From contig JBDKFG010000039.1 of NCBI GenBank assembly GCA_039798785.1, forward strand, positions 1 to 45,048: DNA of 45,048 nt. The letters are read 5' to 3'. This stretch comes from Verrucomicrobiota bacterium. Lineage in GTDB: Bacteria; Verrucomicrobiota; Lentisphaeria; Lentisphaerales; Lentisphaeraceae. Below are positions 27,337 through 34,793 of this stretch, one piece after another. Below the pieces are notes generated by a model that ran no database searches, was not told where the DNA came from, and saw only the letters and a list, made by a program, of their open reading frames with translations. Made by a program: the position numbers and the translations under genes. How positions within the stretch are numbered: the first letter of the stretch is position 1; every line of letters begins with the position of its first letter.

Positions 27337-28692
27337 ATGACACCACGCCTCTTCTTCTACGCCCTGATCCTCTGCCTGCTGCCGCCCGCCCGGGCTGACG
27401 AACATGAGGCAGCCAAGACGGTCAAGAGCTACAAGGAGAAGTATCACGACGGCAATGAAAAGACTTTTGACGACCTCTCCAGCCAGCTCGCCCAGCTCGC
27501 CAAAAGCGGCGACACCGGCACCGGCAAATTCCTCGTCGGCCTCGCCGCAGACCGCCGCCTCCCTCACCCGATCCGCGGCCTGGCCATGCGCAGCCTGGTG
27601 TCGATGAAGGGAAATCCGGAAGTCAACGAGGAGCTCCGCCATCTCGCCGCCAAGTCAGGCTGCTGCCCGCAGATCCTCGACGTCCTCGCCCGCCTCAAAG
27701 AACCGGGAACCGAAAGCCTCTTCATCCCTCACCTCGCCTCCAAGGATCGCGCCAGCGTCATGGCCGCCTTGCTCGGCCTCAGCCATTGCGGCGGCCTCAA
27801 GGACGCCAGTCTCCTCCCTCGCCTCGCCAAGATGGCCGCCCCGCCCGCCCCGACCGGCCTGCGCTGGGCCGTCTGCGCCGCCCTCGGCGGCAGCCGCCAG
27901 GCCGCCGCCATCCCGCTGCTCATCGACATGTATGAGCTTCCCGACACCTCGCGCGATGCCCGCAAAGCCCTCATCCGCCTCACCGGTGAAAAACTCTCCG
28001 GCAAGTCGACCTGGACCGAGTGGTGGAAAACCCAAGGCAAGAGCTTCGCCGCCAAGGATGAATTCGAACTCGCCGAAAAAACCCTCGCCGCCGAAGCCGC
28101 AGAAGGCGCTTTCTACGGCCTGCCGATCGAAGGGCACCGCATCGTCTTCCACCTCGATCGCAGCCTCAGCATGGAGGGAGAGTCGATGGATCGACTCAAG
28201 ACCGAATGCGAAAACATGTCGCAATGCCTCGATCCCTCCCGCGAATTCGCCCTGATCTTCTGCCCCTACCTCGCCATCCCCAAAAACGGCTTCCTCAAAG
28301 GTGATGAGTCCGGCAAGGCCACCATGCTCAAAGCCCTCAAGACGGTGCCGAATAAAGGCACCACGCCTCTCGCCAACATCGCCACCACCCAGGTCTACCA
28401 GGACCTGCTCGGCAAAGGCAAGATCCTGCCGGATACCGTCTACATCCTCTCCGACGGCTGCTTCACCGACGCCGTCGCCCAAGGCGAAATGGACTGCCTC
28501 TTCCTCGCCTTGTATCCCGGCAACAGCGTCCGCATCCACTACATCCACCTCGGCCACAAAGGCAAAGGCGAATTCGGCCGCAAAGCCGCAAGGGAACATG
28601 GCGGAATCTACATCGACACCGAGACCAAGGGTGGTAAAAACAAAGGCGGCAAAGCCAAAAATGGCAAGAAGAACAACCCGGAAAACAACTGA
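27337..28692 (+). CDS. Secreted HEAT-repeat + vWA domain protein
   Basis: Signal peptide; HEAT-like AAIPLLIDM...ALIRLTG...WTEWWK; FYGLPI; MIDAS LDRSLSM; YILSDG. Confidence 0.8.
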   Translation: MTPRLFFYALILCLLPPARADEHEAAKTVKSYKEKYHDGNEKTFDDLSSQLAQLAKSGDTGTGKFLVGLAADRRLPHPIRGLAMRSLVSMKGNPEVNEELRHLAAKSGCCPQILDVLARLKEPGTESLFIPHLASKDRASVMAALLGLSHCGGLKDASLLPRLAKMAAPPAPTGLRWAVCAALGGSRQAAAIPLLIDMYELPDTSRDARKALIRLTGEKLSGKSTWTEWWKTQGKSFAAKDEFELAEKTLAAEAAEGAFYGLPIEGHRIVFHLDRSLSMEGESMDRLKTECENMSQCLDPSREFALIFCPYLAIPKNGFLKGDESGKATMLKALKTVPNKGTTPLANIATTQVYQDLLGKGKILPDTVYILSDGCFTDAVAQGEMDCLFLALYPGNSVRIHYIHLGHKGKGEFGRKAAREHGGIYIDTETKGGKNKGGKAKNGKKNNPENN

Positions 28693-28733
28693 GGCACCCT
28701 CCAACCTTGTATTACGACTCAATCTGTTCCATG

Positions 28734-28791
28734 TTGAATCTTGAATCTTCCCTTTCGTCCCGCCCTCTTCTTGAATCTTGAATCTTGAATC
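28734..28791 (+). repeat. 7-mer tandem repeat TTGAATC (2+3 copies)
   Basis: Copies at 28734, 28741, 28771, 28778, 28785. Confidence 0.85.
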
Positions 28792-28809
28792 CCCAACAAG
28801 GAATCCGAC

Positions 28810-31800
28810 ATGCGCCTCTTCTCCGCCGCAATCCTCCTCGCCGCCCTCTCCGCCTCCGCCGAGCCCAAAGTCGAAGGCCTCGAAGTCAAACCGGTCACCA
28901 AACCCGGCGCCACCAAAGCCGTCGGCGCCCTCTGCGTCGACTCCCAAGGCCGGATCATCACCAACGAAGTCAACCGCTTCGGCAACGCCGTCACCGACGA
29001 CCGCAAACACTTCCACTGGCTGCCCCAGGACTTCCTCAACGACAGCGTCGAAGAACGCCTCAAGATGTACGAGCAGCACGAAAAGGACTTCCCCCGCGCC
29101 CTCTGGACCGGCAAGGCCGACACCGTCCGCACCCTGAGCGACAAGGATGGCGACGGCTTCTTCGAGGACTCCGGCGTCCTCGGCGACTTCAATGACCCTC
29201 TCGATGGCCCCGGCATCGGCATCCTCGAGCGCGACGGCCACTACTACTACACCTGCACCCCCCACCTCTGGAAACTCACCGACGCCAACTACGACGGCAA
29301 GCCCGAAGGACGCGAGTCGCTCAGCTACGGCTGGGGCATCGCCGTCGGCTTCTCCGGCCACGACATGCACTCGCCGATCTGGGGCCCCGACGGCAAGATC
29401 TACTTCACCATCGGCGACCGCGGCTACAAGGTGAAAACCAAGGAAGGCCACACCCTCTTCAACCGCAGCCGCGGCGCCTTGCTCCGGATCAACCCCGACG
29501 GCTCCGGCCTCGAAGAAGTCGTCACCGGCTTGCGCAACCCGCAAGAAATCGCCTTCAACGACACCTTCGACCTGGTCACCGGCGACAACAACGGCGACAT
29601 GGGCGACAAGGCCCGCGCCTACTACCTCGTCGAAGGCGGCGATTACGGCTGGACCCAAGGCTACCAGTCCCTCACCTCCTTCGGCAAACACATCTTCGGC
29701 GACGAACGCCTGCCCCCCGCCTGGATGGCCGAACAGCTCTTCCAGACCCCGCACCCCGAACAGCCCTGGTGGGTCGTCCCCGCCTCCGGCATCGTCACCA
29801 GCGGCCCCTCCGGCCTGGTCTACGTTTCCACCGACGCCCTCGGCGCCGACACCAAAGGCAGCTTCCTGGTCTGCGACTTCGTCGGCAACACCGCCTCCGG
29901 CGTCCGCCGCTTCAAAATGGTCCCTAAAGGCGCCGGTTATATGATGGAAGGCGGCGACTGGTGGCTCAAGGGCTGCAACAGCCCGGACATCACCCTCGAC
30001 CACGCCGAAAACCTCCTCGTCGGCGACTTCGGCAACGGCTGGGAAGCCAGCGCCAACGGCGGCGTCTGGAAGGTCATCGCCAAAAATCCCCAGACCCGCG
30101 GCGCCGAGCTCTTCAAAACCGGCTTCCGCAATCTCGATCTCCCCACCCTCGTGACCGAGCTGAGCAGCCCGATCCTCCAGGTCCGGGTCGAAGCCCAGGC
30201 CGAACTGGTCCGCCGCGGCTCAAAAGCCGAACTGCTCAAGGTCGCCCAAGGCGCCGGCAGCGAAGGGCCGGCCCTCTTCGGCCGCCTCCACGCCCTGCGC
30301 GGTCTCGGCCAGCTCGACGCCGTCACCGAATTACGCGGCTTCGTCAAGGATGCTCACGCTGAGATCCGCACCCAGGCCCTGCGCGCCCTCGCCGATGCGA
30401 AGTCGTCGGTGACCGGGGACTTTGTTGCTTCGCTCGAAGACGCCGAGATCCGGGTTCGCCAGGCGGCGGCGCTGGGCTGCGCGAGGAAGCCCGAGTTTCT
30501 CCGATACGGTCGCGAAATCCAGATCGGCCAATTGGCGAAGAGATTCAACACCGATGATGCCCGTGATCCGTGGATGAGAGCCACTCTTTCTCATACTATG
30601 TCCAAGCTACTCACGGAAAAAATTAACAATCCTGATCTGCTGTCGCTGATGCCTGAGATGGCCAAAGCAGCATTGAATTCCCCGGAAGCCAATCGCCTAT
30701 TCGTCGTCGCTCTGCGCAAGGCCCGTTCGCCTGTCCTCGCCTCGTTCCTGAAAAACAGCGACCCCGCCGTCGTCGCCGAAGCCGTCGCCGCGATCAGCTT
30801 CGAGAACGTCGAAAAAGCCCTGCCCGCCCTCGCCGAATTCTCGGCCACTCCCGCCTGTTGGAAGCTCAGCGAGCTGAACCAGGCCCGCGCCCTCAACGCC
30901 AACCTGCGCCTCAACAATAAGGCCGGTGCGGAGCGTCTGCTCAGCGTCCTTGGCAATAAAGAAGCTCCGCAGTCGACCCGTCGCCTCGCCGGCTACATCC
31001 TCCGCGGCTTCCTCAAGCCCTGGCCGATGGACATCGTCGAAGGGCAGAAGCTTGATTGGGCCTCCGGTGCCGCTCCGGTTGCGGAAGACGCAAAAGAACT
31101 CATTGCCTCGCGTCTCCCCGCGATCATCGCCAAGGCCGAGGGCGAAGCCCTGGTCGCCGCCCTCAAGCTCGGCGAAATCGGCAAGATCACCCTCGATGAA
31201 GCCACCCTGCGTCAGATCGCCCTCAATGCCAAAGCGCCCGAAGGTGCCCGGGTCCAGGCCCTCAGCAGCCTCGGCGACAAGGTCTCGGTCGACGAACTCG
31301 CTGCCCTCTCCAAGGACGCATCCTCCGGCATCCGCGTCGCCGCGATGAAAACCCTCACCGCGGTCAAACCCGAAGCCGCCTTGCCCGCCCTGCTCGCCGG
31401 ACGCAGCGCCAAAAATCTCGACGAGCGCCAGACCGCCTGGTCGGGCCTCGGCGCCCTCAGCGCTCCCGAAGCGATCGCCGCCCTCAAGGAAGGTCTCGCC
31501 GCTGTCGACGCCGGCAAGGACGCCGAAGTCGCCCTCGACATCTACCTCGCCGCCAAGAAACAGGCGGGCCTGAAGACCGAAGTCACGACCCTCGAGACCA
31601 AGCTCAACGCCGACCCGATGGGCCCCGGCGTCTGGATCCTCGCCGCCAAAGGGGGTGACGTGACTCGTGGCGAAAAGGTCTTCCGCAATCCGCCTCCCGC
31701 CTGCGAGTGCCTGAAGTGCCACAAGGTCGGTCCCGAAGGCGCCTCCGACGCCGGCCCCAACCTCAAAAACTTCCTCGGCCGGATCAAGGAAGGCCGCGAG

Positions 31801-32115
31801 GAATACGCCCTCCGCGCCACCGTCGCCACCAGCGCCGACCTGGCGCCGAAATTCGGCTTCGTTTTGCTCACCCTGAAGGACGGCAAGCAGCTCTCCGGCA
31901 CCTACCTCGGCGAGACCGACAAGGCGATCAAGGTCGCCCTTCCCGAAGGTGAGCAGCAAATCGCCAAGGACAGCATCGCCTCGCGCCAAAACATCTCCGC
32001 CATGCCGCCCCTGAAGTCCCTCCTCGACGCCGGGATGATGAAGCCCGAAGAGCTCCGCGACCTCAACGCCTACCTTCTCAAAGTCGGCACCGACAACAAG
32101 AAGAAAGGGCACTGA
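28810..32115 (+). CDS. PVC-type heme-binding CxxCH protein (dehydrogenase-like beta-propeller, HEAT repeats, cytochrome c)
   Basis: DKDGDG, GHDMHSPIWGPDGKIYFTIGD, GLRNPQE, HEAT block, GDVTRGEKVF...CLKCH...GPNL, SAMP. Confidence 0.92.
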   Translation: MRLFSAAILLAALSASAEPKVEGLEVKPVTKPGATKAVGALCVDSQGRIITNEVNRFGNAVTDDRKHFHWLPQDFLNDSVEERLKMYEQHEKDFPRALWTGKADTVRTLSDKDGDGFFEDSGVLGDFNDPLDGPGIGILERDGHYYYTCTPHLWKLTDANYDGKPEGRESLSYGWGIAVGFSGHDMHSPIWGPDGKIYFTIGDRGYKVKTKEGHTLFNRSRGALLRINPDGSGLEEVVTGLRNPQEIAFNDTFDLVTGDNNGDMGDKARAYYLVEGGDYGWTQGYQSLTSFGKHIFGDERLPPAWMAEQLFQTPHPEQPWWVVPASGIVTSGPSGLVYVSTDALGADTKGSFLVCDFVGNTASGVRRFKMVPKGAGYMMEGGDWWLKGCNSPDITLDHAENLLVGDFGNGWEASANGGVWKVIAKNPQTRGAELFKTGFRNLDLPTLVTELSSPILQVRVEAQAELVRRGSKAELLKVAQGAGSEGPALFGRLHALRGLGQLDAVTELRGFVKDAHAEIRTQALRALADAKSSVTGDFVASLEDAEIRVRQAAALGCARKPEFLRYGREIQIGQLAKRFNTDDARDPWMRATLSHTMSKLLTEKINNPDLLSLMPEMAKAALNSPEANRLFVVALRKARSPVLASFLKNSDPAVVAEAVAAISFENVEKALPALAEFSATPACWKLSELNQARALNANLRLNNKAGAERLLSVLGNKEAPQSTRRLAGYILRGFLKPWPMDIVEGQKLDWASGAAPVAEDAKELIASRLPAIIAKAEGEALVAALKLGEIGKITLDEATLRQIALNAKAPEGARVQALSSLGDKVSVDELAALSKDASSGIRVAAMKTLTAVKPEAALPALLAGRSAKNLDERQTAWSGLGALSAPEAIAALKEGLAAVDAGKDAEVALDIYLAAKKQAGLKTEVTTLETKLNADPMGPGVWILAAKGGDVTRGEKVFRNPPPACECLKCHKVGPEGASDAGPNLKNFLGRIKEGREEYALRATVATSADLAPKFGFVLLTLKDGKQLSGTYLGETDKAIKVALPEGEQQIAKDSIASRQNISAMPPLKSLLDAGMMKPEELRDLNAYLLKVGTDNKKKGH

Positions 32116-32118
32116 GAT

Positions 32119-32150
32119 AATTACGAATTACGAATTACGAATTACGAATT
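32119..32150 (+). repeat. 7-mer tandem repeat (AATTACG)x4 + AATT directly after stop codon
   Basis: AATTACG AATTACG AATTACG AATTACG AATT. Confidence 0.9.
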
Positions 32151-32154
32151 CAGC

Positions 32155-32179
32155 GCCGCTTCCTTCGGGGAGCGGCTTT
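32155..32179 (+). terminator. Intrinsic terminator with cUUCGg tetraloop
   Basis: GCCGCTTCC-TTCG-GGGAGCGGC-TTT. Confidence 0.75.
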
Positions 32180-32339
32180 GAATTTGTCAGGATCTCAAGT
32201 TTGGCGCTGCCTCAAGGTCACCGCGTAGCGGTCGAAGCTGGCATAGCCGTGGGCATCGGCCACGGATTTGATCATCAAATCTTGCGATCTGTGCAAGTCC
32301 AGATCGAGCACAGTTTGAGGTGTGATATGAGCTCTGCAG

Positions 32340-32566
32340 CTCGTCGCGAAGCGACGGAATGAGTGTAGCCGGGGCTTTCAAGCCCCGGATGGGATCACGA
32401 AGAAATCGCCGTCGTGAAGCGACAGGATGACATTTCGGCGATTGAAACGCAAACGGCATCCCCAGGCGCACCTGTCATCGCGTCGCTGCCGCGACGTCGA
32501 ATTCCTCGCCACGCGTACCGGGGGTTGAAACCCACGGCTACACTCATTCCGTCGCTTCGCGACGAG
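32340..32566. repeat. REPIN-like element: 32-bp perfect inverted arms with GTAG-hairpin REPs
   Basis: 32340-32371 is the exact reverse complement of 32535-32566; GTAG-CCGGGGC-TTTCAA-GCCCCGG. Confidence 0.88.
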
Positions 32567-32651
32567 GGACCACAGCCAACAAGTCCGTGCTTGCTTGTGC
32601 TTGTTTTGGTCTTGCACAAGTCGAAATCTTGTGTCCCTGAATGCCGCTCGC

Positions 32652-32987
32652 TTATTTCTCCGGCATTTCGTACTTGAAAGGGCGACCGCGAATCAGCTCG
32701 GGCTTCCTGATCTTGTCATCCAGAAAGCGATCAAAAACGGTGCCCGGAATAAAGCCCCAGAGCGAACTCGTGAGAGCCAGAGGCAGGTTTTCGCAATGCC
32801 CGTAAACCCATAATGCCGTCGGGATGCTGAAGATGCTGATCCCGAGAATCGTGAGCAGGCAATGGAAAAATGAAAACTTCAAGCGGAATCTCCTCTTGCA
32901 TTCCGGGCATGAGTATTGATTCCTGACCGTGGTGAAATACACATTCCAAGTCAATCGGTGCTTGTGGCCGCAGGCAGGGCAGATCAT
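32652..32987 (-). CDS. Small zinc-ribbon + 2-TM hypothetical protein (cargo)
   Basis: MICPACGH...CPECK then two hydrophobic segments; ATGA overlap with tilS stop; AT-richer. Confidence 0.7.
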   Translation of the reverse strand: MICPACGHKHRLTWNVYFTTVRNQYSCPECKRRFRLKFSFFHCLLTILGISIFSIPTALWVYGHCENLPLALTSSLWGFIPGTVFDRFLDDKIRKPELIRGRPFKYEMPEK

Positions 32988-34249
32988 GGTGGCGCCCTCA
33001 GCGACAGGATCCGCAGTCGCCACGCCCCTTTCTCCTTCACGGCGTGCCCGGCGACGGCGATTAATTGTCCATCCTGCTCCAGCAGCGGCCAGGTGGCGCG
33101 TTGCGCCGCAGGAATCCTGGCGTCGGCGAGGATCTGGGCGACGCGGCGCGGGCTGCGGCGTCCCGCCGGCAAAAGGGCGTCGCCACTTTGCGGACAGCGC
33201 AAGCTCAGCGGCAGGCCGGGATCAAGCGCCAGCGCTTGCCCCTCGCCTTCATGGCTGAGCTCCAGTTCCCATTCGCCGAAACGGCAGCGGTGCTGCTTCG
33301 TCCAATCCCAGATCCGGGATTCCGGAAGCGGGATCGACAAGTCCCAGTCGCCCCGGATACCGATGATCAGGACGAAGCCGGCCTCAAGTGGGATCTTGCG
33401 CTGCCTGGGGCTGCTGCGTCCAGCCTCGAGCCCAAGGCGTTGAATCTGGCTTTCCGGCAGGGGCCGGAAATAGCCGCGCGCCGCCAGCCAGAAGCGCAGC
33501 AGACGCGAGCGCAGGGCGGGTGCGGCCTCCGCAAAACGAGCGTTATCCAAAGGTTTTTCCGCCAGATAACGGCGGGCCTCGGATTCGATGAAATCGGCGT
33601 CTTCGCCGAGGCGTTTCTGCGTCTTGCGCAAGGCCGCGGCGGCATCCAGCTTCGGCAGGATTTCGAGACGAAGGAGATTGCGTCGACAAAAAGCCTCGTC
33701 GTTGCTGGCGTCGTGACGCCATTCGAGTCGCGCCGTCCGCAAAAAAGCCTCGATCTCGAGCCGCGTCAGATCCAGCAAAGGACGGCAGAAGGTGACCTCG
33801 CCGATTTTATGCGTCGGCCGCATCCCGCGCAGACCGCTGCTGGAGGAGCCGCGGCAGAGCCGGAGCAAGAGGTTTTCGACCTGGTCGTCGGCATGATGGG
33901 CGAGGAAGACCGCGGATCCCGCGGCGATCTCTTGCCAAGCCGCGAGGCGGAGGCGCCTCGCCGCCTCTTCGAAGGCTTCGCCGGGGAGGAGCTTTTGCGG
34001 CACCGACAAGTCGCGTTGAACAAAGGGGACGCCCCGCTGTTGGGTCCAGCTCCGGCAGAACTCCGCGTCGGCCTCGGCGGCGGCGCCGCGGGCGCCGTGC
34101 TGGAAATGCACCGCGGTGAAGGCTCGTCCGGTGCGGAACAGGCATTCCGCCAGGCAAAGGCTGTCGGCCCCGCCCGAGAAGCCGAGAAAGGCCGTGCCTG
34201 ACGGCATTTCCGCCATCGCGTCGAGGAAGTCGGCGGGGAGATCAGTCAT
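32984..34249 (-). CDS. tilS: tRNA(Ile)-lysidine synthetase
   Basis: PP-loop GFSGGADS, HFQHGARG, EEAARRLR, AHHADDQVEN, RPLL, DASN, RRNLLR. Confidence 0.95.
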   Translation of the reverse strand: MTDLPADFLDAMAEMPSGTAFLGFSGGADSLCLAECLFRTGRAFTAVHFQHGARGAAAEADAEFCRSWTQQRGVPFVQRDLSVPQKLLPGEAFEEAARRLRLAAWQEIAAGSAVFLAHHADDQVENLLLRLCRGSSSSGLRGMRPTHKIGEVTFCRPLLDLTRLEIEAFLRTARLEWRHDASNDEAFCRRNLLRLEILPKLDAAAALRKTQKRLGEDADFIESEARRYLAEKPLDNARFAEAAPALRSRLLRFWLAARGYFRPLPESQIQRLGLEAGRSSPRQRKIPLEAGFVLIIGIRGDWDLSIPLPESRIWDWTKQHRCRFGEWELELSHEGEGQALALDPGLPLSLRCPQSGDALLPAGRRSPRRVAQILADARIPAAQRATWPLLEQDGQLIAVAGHAVKEKGAWRLRILSLRAPP

Positions 34250-34788
34250 AAATGAGGTGAAGTTGCTCGACCCCTTGCGGGTCGCACATGGTAGCCCAGG
34301 GTCGCTTCGACCCTGGGTTCAGGTGAAAAATGAGCTCCGACCCCTTGCGGGTCGCACAGATCCCGACCCAACGCTGTGCGACCCGCAAGGGGTCGGCGAA
34401 CCAGGAACCACCCCATACCAGGGTCATCGCCGATGCGGCTCGACCCTGGGCTACCATGTGCGACCCGCAAGGGGTCGGAGCTGCAACGATGTCGTTCATT
34501 GAATTTGGCTCCGCCGGGATGGGGAGAGATGGAACTTGAAAACAGATGCGTGAGATGACGGGCCTCGAGTTCGATCGCTTCATCGTGGGAATGCTTCAGA
34601 CATTCCTCGTACAAGGACATCGCCTTCCTGTAGTGAGAATCGGCAAGAATCCATATCTCCGAATGTCGCAGCTTCAAAGCCATGGATCGTTCGTGCCTGG
34701 CCTCGGCGAGGGCGGCGTCGAATCGATCCTGGCTCGTGCATGAAAACAGCAGGCCGATGAGGACTAGGTAGACGGGGATGATTTTCAC
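34246..34788 (-). CDS. Hypothetical lipoprotein whose reading frame runs through the REPIN element
   Basis: GTG start, MKIIPVYLVLIGLLFSC lipobox, helical body; the last ~75 codons lie in the repeat; stop overlaps the tilS ATG. Confidence 0.5.
   Translation of the reverse strand: MKIIPVYLVLIGLLFSCTSQDRFDAALAEARHERSMALKLRHSEIWILADSHYRKAMSLYEECLKHSHDEAIELEARHLTHLFSSSISPHPGGAKFNERHRCSSDPLRVAHGSPGSSRIGDDPGMGWFLVRRPLAGRTALGRDLCDPQGVGAHFSPEPRVEATLGYHVRPARGRATSPHL
34268..34477. repeat. Nested REPIN-like element: 37-bp perfect inverted outer arms plus an inner inverted pair
   Basis: 34268-34304 is the reverse complement of 34441-34477. The 21-mer CGACCCCTTGCGGGTCGCACA occurs at 34268 and 34338, inverted at 34375 and 34457. 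GTAG-CCCAGGGTCG-CTT-CGACCCTGGG hairpin. Confidence 0.9.
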
Positions 34789-34793
34789 TGTTC

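Noticed and set aside
31699..31722. CECLKCH as an atypical three-Cys heme motif
   Set aside because: A canonical CxxCH is present, and the extra Cys alone does not support a novel attachment.
32187..32220. Possible displaced tilS tail (CAGGATC match)
   Set aside because: Only 7 bp, with no stop in the equivalent frame; within chance.
34268..34477. Possible mini-CRISPR
   Set aside because: Units are in inverted orientation with irregular structured spacers and there are no cas genes; it fits a REPIN.
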